DNA of 64,000 nt from Octopus sinensis. Taxonomy: Eukaryota. The notes beneath the pieces are model-generated. The model was given only the letters and a program-made list of their open reading frames with translations, was not told the origin of the DNA and made no database searches. The position numbers and the translations under genes were made by a program. This document shows positions 25,467-41,365 of the stretch, piece by piece. The stretch's first letter is position 1. Each line of letters begins with the position of its first letter. The DNA is taken from positions 62,001 through 126,000 of the forward strand of contig NW_021832122.1 in the NCBI RefSeq assembly GCF_006345805.1. Direction: 5' to 3'.

Positions 25467-26188
25467 TCTTCATGTCGGTTAAAGGTCTATAAATTTACCG
25501 ATCATTAATTACCACAAAAGCGATATTCAAATATTCAATCTGACTATAATTATTTAGTTTTTACTATTTAAATTTTTTCTATTTTTTTACTTCTTGTTTC
25601 TTTTTTTATTTTCTGTGATTAATAAAATATAATTTTCTTTACTGGCTTATCTCACGTCTTCTCTTAAGTATTTTGATTGCCCTATTTTTTAAAATTATGA
25701 CAACAAATATTACCACGGACACTCATCCCTGAGACTAGGCAGTTTCAAATAAGTACTTTCTTACCACATCCAGATCAATTTAATCAGTAGTTTTTACAAA
25801 AAATGTCATTAAATTCGTCAAAATGTCAGTTTTTTTGAATAATGATTCAATTTTGACTTGCAAAATTTGTAGCTTAAGCACGCTGCAATGCACGTAATAA
25901 ACCAATAGAAATATAATCGCAAAATAGCGTTCAATAACGTCAATAAATCGTTTATAAATCAAGTGTTTTGGCCCAGTTGACTTACTAAAACTAAAAAAAT
26001 CGGCTAAATAAAACTTTTTTTGATTTTAAGTTTTGATTTTTTTAATTGGGTTATTTTTGAGCTCATAATAAAAGATTTATAATAAGTTTATATTTTTTGA
26101 TGAAAATACATTGGATTATAATTAAGTAATAAATTTATTAAAATTGTTTTAAATAGTTAATTAATCTTAAATAAATTCTAAGTTACAA

Positions 26189-26555
26189 ATGGATGTTGTT
26201 AAGTAACTATTATTTTTGGACTATTTTAAGATTTGATAACGAATTTATTGATAAAGTGTTTGAAAATGACAATTCCAGTGAATATGCAAACATAATTGCA
26301 GTTTTAATAGGAATTTCGTCATTAATTTTCAAAGTTTTGGTCATTTTGGTGATTTTAGAGCAAATTTTTAATCTGGATTGGAATTATTAGTTCTGTCATT
26401 GCTTTTTGCAACCGCAAAACAAACGACGAATGGACAAAATATCTAAGCAGTTTTATGTATTCTTTATTTTAATTCTCAGGCTTTGTTTTGGTGCTGCAGC
26501 CATGTGTTACGGAAGGGATTCAAGCCCAGCAACAATTCCTTTTTTGTCATACTAG
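26189..26555 (+). CDS. WDR83OS: PAT complex subunit Asterix
   Basis: Splicing three short introns gives ...EYANIIAVLIGISSLIFKSKFLIWIGIISSVIAFCNRKTNDEWTKYLSSFMLCFGAAAMCY..., matching the Asterix pattern. Confidence 0.8.
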
Positions 26556-26687
26556 GATTTCTATTTTAATATTTTTTTGTTATTATTAATCTTTAATTTT
26601 TGTTTTTTATTTAATTTTTTTAAAATAAGTATATTTTTTAAATTAGTTTTAATTATTAAAGAATAAATTATTCTATTAAACCGCGTT

Positions 26688-29704
<3,017 letters not shown>

Positions 29705-29829
29705 TTAACTAATTAAAATACTTTTTGTTTTTATGGCTGTGATTTGGGGTTCATTTAGTTAATTTTTAACTTTAATGAGTTATTTTTTTTGTCCAGGAAG
29801 CAAAGGAAAAATCAAAAGAGAACGTAGGA

Positions 29830-30105
29830 AAATATCGAAAACAATTTTAATACCATCGCTGTGCTTCTAGGATGAAAACTTATTATCATGGCAAAGAATT
29901 GCCGATAAATTTTCCTTTTTGTTCAAATTGAACATTTTCAGGAGTACAGTTAACGCTATTTAAAAAGTCGTGAGTCAATTCTGGAACAATTCAAACTAAA
30001 AATGCATCTATAAAAACAGTCAAAAAGTTAAATTTCTCGCAACTTGATGAAAAACTTATTGAGTGGATGGATTTAATAAAATCAAAAGGTATATTTCTCA
30101 AATCT
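29830..30105 (+). pseudogene. pogo/Tigger CENP-B-type HTH fragment
   Basis: KKLNFSQLDEKLIEWMDLIKSKGIFL resembles HTH_Tnp_Tc5; it is truncated where an RTE element begins. Confidence 0.45.
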
Positions 30106-30109
30106 GCCG

Positions 30110-31170
30110 GAAATTTGACAGAAACCAAAAAAGGCACTTTTGAGAGAGTTTACTGTACGTTGAAACTTTATTAAACTCTCGAATATCAGAAGTTGAAAAC
30201 CTGAAGAATGGTTCGTAGATGTGCGCAGCCATCAGGCTACTGCCTCGTCGACAGAAGAAAACAAACATGGGAAAACAATTTGAAATCCAATCGAAATGGT
30301 CATTGCAATTACCAGCCACTTTGAATGATAATGTCAGAACGGATGCTCTCAACAAGGGTGAAGAAAGTTATTTAAACAACAAAATAATAGACCTTGAAGT
30401 CTTAATACCTATTAAAAAATTAAAAAAACAACTGCGTGGCGGGTCCGGACAACATCAACAGTGAATTGATAAAGTACTTCCCATTGGAGATTTCAACTAT
30501 TATCACAAATCTTATGAACGACATGTTTTATGATACTACCATATTACCTATTGGGAAAAGAATAGTGATTTCTCTTCAAAAACCTAATAAGCCGCAAGAA
30601 AAGAACATTGATTTACACATCATCCGTCCAATCATACTCCTGAACACAATAAAAAAATCTTTTGCTTGTAACACTGGAACGCATTACAGGCCCTGTCAAT
30701 GACTATCTGTTGGCCAGCCAAAGTGAATTCGGCCTTAGGAGATCGACTGCAGATTTAATATGGGGACAAACGATGCTGTCGACTGTTACACTTAATCTGC
30801 GGACCACATGGCTACAAACCGGCAAGATTGCAACAGCCTTATATGCCAAGCTATACAATGCTGTTATTAAGCCCATACTTTTTTACAACGGAGGAACATG
30901 GCTAAACAAAAATCCCTCGATTCGTTTCAAATAAGACAATTAAGACTTCTTATCGGCATCAACTGGCCGAAGAAAATCAAGAACTCCACTTTATACTGTA
31001 CCTGGAACAGTAGATCCATCACTATGGACATTACCGAAGCTCAGTGGCTCCTATTCCAACACATACTAAGGCTCGACCAAGATGAAATGGAATCATATTA
31101 TAAGGATAGCAAATCGGCGTTCCTAGGACGTCTACGAACAACAATACCTACTGTTATCTGCTGAATAAAA
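30110..31170 (+). mobile_element. Degraded RTE-clade LINE, same family as 12340-14770
   Basis: GPDNINSELIKY, RPIILLNTIKK, KLYNAVIKPILFY, QWLLFQHILR, FLGRLRTTIP; internal RT deletion and frameshifts. Confidence 0.8.
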
Positions 31171-31409
31171 TTAATAATAAAGCATCTGTGTTTTTCAGAT
31201 GCAAGGATAAACATAATGTCAACCTATCTATCAAATTGATATACCGATTTTGATTGAGGTGAATTTCAATTCAACGAACTTAATATTTCCGTGTAAAACG
31301 AGATTAAAAATGAGATAACTTCAATTTAAGAGGTTATTTACAGGATCTTTTGGAGCAAATTGAAGTTTAGAAATTTTATAGACATGATCACAATGCAGGT
31401 GAGTTTTTG

Positions 31410-31690
31410 TGCCTTTAAGATTGTTAAGTAAATATTCCCCCATAAGTTATAAACTCACCAATTATATATTTTTTCCGTTCAAAGCATGTCAGTTTTGCAA
31501 GTTGGTAGTAGCAGAGGGTTACTATTTATCAGAAATCCTTATCCCGTGTTTATGTAAATCGTCATACTCTTGAGAGTTTTAGTACAGCTGATTGGAAGCA
31601 AGTCCTCATTGACTTCACAATAGATAGTTTATTTATATAATTTGTAACTTACTTTGAGACAATTCCATTCCAGGTAAAGACAATCACTAC
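31410..31690 (-). pseudogene. Possible piggyBac transposase remnant
   Basis: EVNEDLLPISC resembles TVDEQLVPFRGRC, and KGTKTHLHCDH resembles GTNRNITCDN; heavily decayed. Confidence 0.35.
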
Positions 31691-32183
31691 AATCTTTACA
31701 TTATCTTTATGAATTAATTATAATTCTTGTATATTTATGCTGATTTTCCACTTTTTCAGATGTTAATTTATTCATTAAGTGATTTCAATAATCCATATTA
31801 AATTCAATTTTTTGACGAAAGTTTATATTTATATTGGATATTGGGTTTGTTACATTTTATTTTTAGCTCAGCTGAAATTGTCGTATCTACTCATATTTCT
31901 ACAAACTATTTGGAACTCAAACAATATTTTTTCTACCTTCAAGTTTTTTTTATTCTTTAATAGTCTTCTAATAAGATTTTCCATTTTTAAAAATATTTTT
32001 TGTACATCCTTGTTATAAGTAAAAATTAATCCGAAAATAATTAATATTTTTGAAGTTTTTCTTTTAACAAAAACGATTTCGATATATATAATAATTTTTT
32101 AAATTGATTAATATTAAGTTTTTTATCAAAATAACCCTAAACGATTTCCACTTTACATATTATATTAATACTGATTAAAATTC

Positions 32184-32978
32184 ATGTTCGGATTGTTAGT
32201 TAATCTTCTGTACTTCATTCAATTAGGGCAAAACAGAAAACTTTTAAGCCACGTAAGGACATCGACGAAGATAACAGATGCTTTGAACTCAAACAAGTTA
32301 TGGATAAGACACTCGGAACTCTGGATATAATGTCAGCAGTCAAAGTTCCGCCTAACAGTGATATGAACGAATGGATTGCAGTTAACAGTAATCAAATTAT
32401 ATTTAATCTGATTTTTATTAGCTGTCGACTTCTACAATCAAGTCTCATTGCTTTATGAAACAATTTCTGACTTTTGCACGGAGATTAGTTGCCCAATTAT
32501 GTCAGCTGGGCCCAAATACGAATATCACTGGGCCAGTAAAAATCACCGAAAGCCATTAAAGCTGTCCGCTCCAGAATATATCGCTAACATGTTAGAATGG
32601 ACAAATGACACATTTAATGACACTACAGTATTTCCTCCAGAAATAGGTGACTATTATATACTAATCCCATCCTATCTTGATTTGATAAGTAATATCATTA
32701 AATTATATATTTTCCTTGTTTTAATTATTATAGGGACTCCGTACCCAAAGAACTTTATGGCAGTTGTTAAAAAAATTCACTGTCGTTTATTTCGGGTTTA
32801 CGGACACATTTATCACAGCCATTTACAACAAATCAAGGAATTGGACGAGGACGCTCACATGAACACTTCATTCAAACACTTTGCATGTTTTAACAAAGAA
32901 TTTGACCTCATCCCCGCGAAAGAACTGGCACCAATGGATGTAGTTATTTCAAAAATAATAAAAAAACTCAACCCGTAG
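32184..32978 (+). CDS. MOB1: MOB kinase activator 1
   Basis: KTFKPRK, NEWIAVNTVDFYNQ, CPIMSAGPKYEYHW, RLFRVYGHIYHSH, HMNTSFKHF; three introns. Confidence 0.93.
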
Positions 32979-33023
32979 TTAAAATTAGCGACAAAAATTA
33001 ATCATTTTTACTAATAAAGTTCT

Positions 33024-33895
33024 CTATTCTTCAATCAACTCCCCTGCCGCTTCCTTATCAATAAACCAAAGGACAGTTGGTCCTTTCACTAAGGAGGATG
33101 GCAGATTTGGATTTTCCCCATCTCTAAAAACTCTCTTTATGATCTTTCATAATTCGATTACCCGAATTGCGGAAGACTTTGATTTTCCACAGACAGCAAA
33201 TATTATGGAATGTGCCTGATTAAGCATTTTTAGAGAAAATGATATTCTTTTCGGTGGGTTTTTAGGTGAGTCAAAAATTGGAACGATCAAAGATTGACTC
33301 TAGTTTAATCTTAAAAAAACCAACAGAAAGTGCAGCATGATCGGGAAAAAGAGAGCACGTGTGACCATCTGGGCCCATTCCAAGTACGATAAGGTCAAAT
33401 CTGACCTCAGTTTTTGGAAAAATAGACAATATTGAATTTTGATATGCTTGAGCCGCCTGGTCAACTGTCAAGGACTAGATATTTATTTTTAGAGTTCACG
33501 AGGAAGGTTAAGTTGAATTGGAAAGGTTTTATCATTGGGGACTTCTGCTGGATCGAATAAGTTGTCTTTGTAAAATCCAAAAGTCGAATCAGAGTCATTA
33601 AGATGAACAAAGCGCTCATCGGCTAAAAATATTCTCCATTTCGTCCACTCAATTCTCGTGGATTTCTCCAGGAGATTCTGGCATAGCATTGTAGCCACGC
33701 TTCCTCCTACTCAGAATGAACAATTTAAAATTTCATTTACCAGATAATGCCAAAGTAAAAAGACCTCGATTTTCTATTGCTTTTTGGGCAGTATCCAATA
33801 TTTTGTTTGATATTGCTTCTCCTATTTCTATTTCATTTTCAAGAATTGTTAATTCTTTCTAATATTTTGATATATTACTATGGAATAAAAACCAT
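33024..33895 (-). CDS. PGLS: 6-phosphogluconolactonase
   Basis: [57 protein letters not shown]. Confidence 0.93.
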
Positions 33896-34563
33896 AACGA
33901 GAGTTAAAAATGTGATTTCTTAATAATTAAAAATATTATTAAAGTTCAATAAATATAAATATTTTTTGAATGTTGAAAGATTTCCACACGGATGATCTTT
34001 TAGATTCTAGAAGGAATATATTTTTTGTTTGACGTCTCTGCGACTTAGAAATCACTAACGAGTTTACTTTCTAATATCTAGTGCCATAAGTTGATTAATC
34101 TTCATTATAAAATATGTGATGTTGTAATTTTTTGGTCTGGATCTATACAATCTCGTTATTTTAGATTGCACGATAATGAGGATTATTAATGTGATAAAAA
34201 ATTATTTTTTAGATAGAAAACTCAAATTTGAACACACCATTCAAAAATTATTAAAAACTAAGATCTTCATTTAAACCTCAAGTAAAGACAAAAATTATTG
34301 TGTATACATAATAGGCACTCATCATCATATTCACTAGGCAGATCCTTCCGTTTCCGCGAACAACATTATCATATTTTCACTGCCTAGATGCATGAACGTT
34401 TAAATATTGATTTTTGTAATAAAATTAATTTATTAATCGGCAGCTTAGTAACGAAAGTGACATTAATTATGTCTTTTTCTGTTTGATTATTTTCTGCTCA
34501 GAAAAAATATTTTTTAATTATAATTAATGAAACAGAAAAAATTATCTAAGTTAAATAATTTCA

Positions 34564-37500
34564 CTAAACATCTTTCCTTCCGTAAGTTTTCTCGAATAAT
34601 GAAAGCTAAAAATACTTAAATTACCTTACTTTTGATTTTAATATACGATTTTCTTCCCTGTAATCATCTTCTGTCATATTTTGACTTCCTCGACCAAATG
34701 ACGTCATCTATTTTTAAAATGATCAAATAAATTATTGCCAAATTTCTGTCCCCTTCTAGTTGTCTAATTCTCTCACGTAAAAATTCGTTATTCTGTTCAA
34801 GTCTAAATTGGTTTATGGGATTAAAAATAAACTGAATATTCATAATTCTTGTTTCGTCATGAGTTAAGCTTTTCCACGGCTTTTCCGCACTTTTTATTTC
34901 TTTACCCGATGCAAAGACTTTAAAATCCTATAAATTATTATAAAAATTTTATAACGAGGTCACTGAGAGTGCTGGAATCCGGAAACTGGGTTGAGAACTA
35001 CAAATAATTGGATAATAATAAAATATAACATCGATTTCGCTTTTTTTCTGTTTTGTTATTTCTAATTCTTTTCTCAAATATAAAACTGTTTTTTTGAGTT
35101 TATCTAAATTACAAGTATAATGTTAATACTATTCGCATCAACGTGCCGTTCTTTCTCATTACAATTTTCTTGAATTATGATTTCTTGAGCTTTGTTTTGT
35201 TTTTTGACATCAAAAAGAAGTTTTGAAGTCGATTTCAATTTTTCCTAAAGAATAAATTGAATTAATCAACCTGAAGCGAAGAAACGGTATTTCGATCGCT
35301 TTTATTGACTTCTATTGAAACAGATTTTGTGTTCGCAAGACTTTGTCTTAGTTTTTCGATGGTTTTAATATATTCCTAATAATCTCAATTTGTTTATATG
35401 AACAGAATTGTCGTCATTAGTTTTGCAAATTTGTGACTTTAAATCGGCAATTTCTTTCTTGAGAATTTCCTCTTGTGAAACATTTCTCGTTTGCCCATCA
35501 GTCAAAGATGCAATTAATTCGTTCTTTTTCTTCACATCGATTTTAACTTTTTGTAAAATATTCTTCACTTTTTTCATGTCCTGGGTCCGTTTTTCTTTCA
35601 AACTATAGAGTGTTGTAATAAATAGAATATAACTCCGTCACGTGACTTTCACTGTCCTCAATTCTTTGTTTATATTGGGTTCGAAGCACTTCCAGTTGTT
35701 TATGAGCATCGTTAAGTTGATCAGTTAAAGATCCAATCATTCGCTTTTGGTGTGAAATAGTCTCTTCCAAGTCAAGGTTTATTTGGTTGAAAGGGGCTAT
35801 ATCTCTGGAAACCTCACAATTCTTTGAGAAATCGAGTGATTTCCGATGAGAGATTTCTCTGTTTAGTTTGGAAACGGCGTCTTGATATTCTTCACTTTTC
35901 AAGTTGGCAGTTCTATTTGCTTCCAACAATAGACCACGTAATTCGGAAATTGTATCTTCTTTAGTTTCCAAGCACTTATTGAGTGATATAAGGTTGAGTT
36001 TAGCTGCATCGAGAGCTTTAGATTCGTCTGATTTTTGAGTATTATATTTCTCGACTTCCAATAGCTTGATCCTCATTTGAGCGATCACTTCATCTCTTGA
36101 GAGGACATCCCTTTCTGCTTTTTCCAATAAAATTTTATTTTCTTTTAGTTTCTGCAACTTTTAGAAATGTATTAAAACCATTTCCATTTCTTTCACGATT
36201 TTTTGTTGGTCCTGAATGTCATTAACAATTCGCGGACCAATATCTTGAGTCACATACAGAGATTCCTATTTCGTGATATTTTATTTAAAAAACTTTTTGG
36301 AATGTCTTCTCGTTTTCAATGTTAAAATGTTTTTTCAAAGTGATTTCGTAATTTTCATAGGAAGACTTTACCAGTGAAGCCTTTTAAGAATACAGAGACT
36401 TCAATAACCTGAATTAATTTTGAATTCTCTTCTTCTAACTGTCTCAATATTTCCTCTTTTGCCGAATTTCGGTAGACATTGATTTTATTTTTCTTTCTAA
36501 ATGATCTATTTTCCTTTTTCTCCGCATGTTTTCGAGCTGCATAACTTCATAATTCTTCCATTTATCTTCGTTTTGACAAATTTCATGATCTTTTCCTCCC
36601 ATTTGTTGTTCAAGAAACTTGATTCTCAATTCTGCTTTATCGACGTTTTCTTGGATGAAAGAATTTTTTTCAAACATCTAAAATGGCTCAAAACTCAATT
36701 AATTACATTGTTCAATTGGTCCCTTAAATCTTTGTTTTCAGTAAATAGTCTTTCTAAGGAAAGGTTCTTTTTTTCATGAATTAGGAAAGGAACTGAATTT
36801 ACAGATTTTGCTAAAATATCCTTCAGGGGATTTAAAAATAATTATTTTACAGCAATGCGAGATTGGAGTTGTTTAATTTGGTCTCCAATTTCCAATTGAT
36901 GGCAAAATGATAGGTTATCGCAAGTATCGAATAATTTTAGGAGTCGAAGGTTTTCTGCTTCTGCTTGCTTGATTTTTTGGTTTTTAATAACAACGTTTTG
37001 GTTGGCGTTTGTTTCCGCAATACTAAGCTTTATTATTTTACGATAAAGTTTTCCTAAAAATTCAATTTCTTATTTTACCAAATGTTTCTTTATCAAAATT
37101 TCCTGACTCAAAGTCTGAAATATGTTTCTTTAAAATGTTCACTTCAGTATTCAAGTTGACATTCTGCGCTTTGAGGGCTCCCAGCTGGCATGACAATACG
37201 TCAGATGTTTCCTATGGTGATTAAACTCATTAAACTCGCAAACGACGCATTTCATTATTTGTTAGAACTTGATCTTTTTGAATAGCCTCTGTATTTTCGA
37301 CAAGTGCGCAGTATTTCTTTTGCGGAACGGATTCTACAAGAAATAAAAATATTTCAAATAACGTGATAGTTGTCCTATCAAAATTGTTTCTGTTGCTTGT
37401 AGTCGAAGATTTTCGTTTGTAAGCTATTATACTATTTTCATAAAAGTATACTTTTAATGTAGTCTCTTCAAGTTGAGAATTTCTTTCTTCGACAAACTTT

Positions 37501-40500
37501 AGTGAGTTTTTTAAGTCTAATTGCAATTTCTTGTTAAACTCGATTCTTTGTTTGTCTTCCAAAGCTTTTATCTCGTAAAGTTCTAAACGTCTTTGCAAAC
37601 TTGACACTTCGTCAACTGTAAAAATGAATGCCTAAAATAGCATACGTTTGGCTGTATTTTCTTTTGATGATTCCAAAAAGTTCAATTTGACTTGTAACAC
37701 ACCAAGTTCCTCTTCAATTTGATTTTTTAAAGAAGTGGTCTTCTTTAATTCGGCCTATTCAGATTATGAAAAAGTTCATTACTTCGAGGTTGTAAATTGA
37801 CTTTTTTTGATCGATAGTTGCACTTGTTTTTTCTAAAAGCTCGCTGTATTTTTGTTTTATTTTTATATTTTCACCAAATATTTGGCTGTAGACAGTCTGG
37901 GACACAGAATCCTCCAATTTCCTCATAAGTAACTGTATTTTGAAAGCAGCTTTGTCCTATTTATATTCATATATTAATTTTCAATTAACTTTGACTCCCT
38001 CGAGGTACGAAATTCTGTCATTGCTGGTTATTTCATTAGAACTAACTATTTCTTGCTGTTTTTTCAATTCCTGTGAATAAAAAACACAGTGATATACCTT
38101 TTGAATTTCTTCTTTTTCTTCACAAACAGAAGAATATCGACTGATCAATGCTTTTTCATTTACAGAAAGCAGAACAACTCTTCTTGTTACCTCTGCCAGA
38201 CTTTCCCTAATTGTGTCATTTGATGAGTTTTCTATCACATTTCTGAATTTCTGTGAATAAAGTATCAAAAATTAACTTCATATTCAAATATAGCAGTCTC
38301 GTCCTCAGCCCGTTTACTTTCAAGCTCTTTAATCCTTTTTAACATTTTTTGTTTGTCTTGGTTCCATTCCTAGAAAGTAATTTTTGATTTTCGTAACAAT
38401 TTTTTGTCTTTTGTGGTCTTCGTAAATCAGAAATAGTCTTTGTTTGAGGACTGAGTAATCTTTATTAGTTTTTGAAAAATTTTTTGTAGCATCTGTCAAT
38501 TTATTTTGAAGAACTTCATTTTTCTCAACAAATAAATAAATTAGTAAACTTGCAGAGTTTCAACAAGATATTCTTCCATACTTATTACGAATTCTGCACC
38601 GAAAGTATTTGAGGTCTCAAGATAGGACAATTTCAAAAGGTTAGCTGGGGGTAGAGTAAGAGATAACGATGGGAAGTCATTACTCTATTTCGTCTTTAGA
38701 ACAAAATCTTTACTGCTCCTTCCGTTAAAAGTTGAGTCCTTTGTTTATTAAAAGCATGCAATTCCCATCATTAGACTCGCTTGATATCATATCAAGTAAT
38801 TCCTGAGCTGGGGCATTTTCTCCTGATGATTAAATAAATAAAATTACTTATTTTAATTGATAATTCTGACATTATTTTTTTTAGTTGCTTATTCTTTTCT
38901 TTTAAAAAATCGTTTTGACGTTCATTTTCGACTTTACGAGTCGTTGAAAGCTCAGATACAACCTTGCTTAAATTTTTTATCTGATCTATTTTTATGAAGA
39001 AACTCACTTCTTTTATTATTGAAGAATTTTTTGAAGTATCTATAGATTGAGACTTCTTTTCAAGTTCCCTAGAAATTGCCAATTCAGACTCATTGCCCAT
39101 TCTAAATTGAAAATTTTACACATCACTTTTGAGCTATCAATTTTCCTAAATTACGAACGTGTTCCTGCAATTGACTTCTTTCTTCTTCTAGAGACCGAAT
39201 CTAAACAAGATTGATAATTTTATATAAAAAAACTTCGCTTTTAAGTATGACTATGGAAGCCTTAAGTTCTTCTTGTTGAAATTTTTTTGATGTCATAAAT
39301 TTGTCAAGTTCCTGGTCGTCAAATGGTAGCGACAATTTTGATCTATAAAACTCATTCTGATCCAATAATTGATCCATTCGAAACTCCACAGTTCCTAGAG
39401 CTTCAAGCGTTCCTTAAGTTCTCTATAATAATTTTCCTTGAATCAGTCAGAACTAACTTTTCCAGATTTTTGATTTTTGATTTCTGGTCATTGATTTCAG
39501 CAATAGCGTCAGTCAGTCCGAATACTCCCTAAAACATCGTCTCATAATAGTACCTGCTCTATTCTGCATCCACGATTGGTGGTTTCTTCAAGCTGCATTT
39601 CTAACTCACAAATTCTAGATTCTGCCTAAAAATAATCTAAAAATTTACAGATTCTAAATTTTCTTGAGCTTTAGTTAGTTTTGCTTGCGTTTCCGTTATT
39701 TGGCGTTCCATTTTGACGATTTTATTAATAGATTCGGCTGTAATTTGACATTTATACTTATAAATTATTACATGAAGCAATCCGAGATTTTATAAGTTCA
39801 AAATTTTCGATTTCCTGTTCAATTTCTCCCGCGGCTTTTTTAAGCTCTTCTTGAAGGCGTAGTACTTGAGACTCCTTTTCTTCAAGAGCCTTATACTTAT
39901 TCTACATTTTCTTACAGTTGTTAGTTTATTAATAATATTTTTGTCTGAATCTAACTTTAGTAAATTATTTTCTTTTTCCAGTTCAAAATTTTTACGTTTT
40001 AGTTTTGACATTTCCAATTCCTTTCCTTCCAGAAGTTCCTTGTAAGATTAACAAAAGATTTGGATACCCCCCATTCCGTTACCTTCTGGCTCACCAAAAC
40101 CATCACTTCGTCGTTGACCTCGTCGTCGTTTTTCAAAACAGCCGTGAATTCATTTTCCTTAGAATTATGTACAAAATAAACACCCGAGTCTTCATAGTTA
40201 AGTTTTCTTTTCTAAGCTCGTCGATTATGTTGTCGCTATATTTCAGAACTTCTTTGAGTTTTAAATTTTCTTCCAGACATTTTTCGATTTCTATTTTCCC
40301 AACATCAAGTTCGGTTTTTGCCTGATCTGTCGCTTCCTTAAGTTTCAAGTTCACTTCGATTAAGGCCTAAATTTGACTGCAAATCAATACTGAATTTTCA
40401 TGAAGCGCATCGATGAGTTTTTCTTTGAATTTCTTACTTTTTTCTTCTGCCTCTCCTGTACCCAAACCTTTTGCTAACATTGTCTCCCTTTGGAAATTCA

Positions 40501-41124
40501 CTTGGTGTTTGTATTCACGTAAATCCTCTAGCAATTGTCGATTCTAAATATAAATCTTTATTTTGATGCCTTGGTCTCCAATTCTTTGGCCTCTTTTTTA
40601 GCATTTTCTGCTAATTCCAAGTTTGCTTGTTCGTTTGCTAGCAACTTCTCATGTTCCTTCGACAAAATAATGTTAGATGCCATCAATTCGTCGAATTCTT
40701 TTTCTAAATCTCTTAAGCGTGATCTAATCATCGCCTCGGAAGCCGGAAGTGCAGCTATGGCCTTTAAATTGTTTTATTTTTTAATTACGTCTTTTTCCTT
40801 TATTTCACGACGTAGAGATGTAACTTTAGTTTAGTTATTCATGTGAAGATTACTTGTTTTATCTTTAGCTGTAAGTTGTTGATCATATTCATTGATAATT
40901 TCTGCAAAACTTTCATCGTTTGAATTTTTGTGTTGGCAATTATGACAACGACTTTATAAGCGTTAATGATTTTAGTAAAGTCTTCGACAGAATTCGGATT
41001 TAACTAAATAATCTAAAGATTTTAACTATACGTTTGTTAAATTTTCAAGCCAGTAATCCTGGTCAAATTCTTTGTCCGGATTTTCAATTATTTCTGATAT
41101 TCCGTTCCAATCTACATCATTCAT
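34564..41124 (-). CDS. CEP290: Centrosomal protein 290-like (transition zone), many tiny introns
   Basis: MNDVDWNGISEII N-terminus; EYKHQVNFQRETML; GVFGLTDAIAEI...LLDQNEFYR; RRVVLLSVNEKALISRY all match CEP290 blocks. It is a long coiled coil; the 3' end is approximate and there are two apparent 1-nt frameshifts. Confidence 0.85.
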
Positions 41125-41193
41125 GTTGCCTAGTGATTATTATGACAATTAATATGATTTTGATTTTATTTTTGTACAAGAAGATTGCTTTTA

Positions 41194-41365
41194 TTTTTGT
41201 TCAAATGAACAACACGCATGTCCTCGACTCACATGATAAGGTTTTAAACCTTCATGCCAAAAAAATTAAGAAAAAATATTTGCAGATTTTGGTTAAAATG
41301 AACAACAAGTATATCGTCGACTTACATGATGAGGTCCTTAAAACCTTCCCGCCAAAAAAATAATT
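41194..41365. repeat. Two diverged ~93-bp tandem units upstream of CEP290
   Basis: aaatgaacaacacgcatgtcctcgactcacatgataaggttttaaaccttcatgccaaaaaaa versus aaatgaacaacaagtatatcgtcgacttacatgatgaggtccttaaaaccttcccgccaaaaaaa. Confidence 0.85.

Noticed and set aside
41034-41363. 109-aa ORF with an apparent 31-aa repeat
   Set aside because: It overlaps the first CEP290 exon antisense, and the repeat units align at DNA level with frame-breaking indels.
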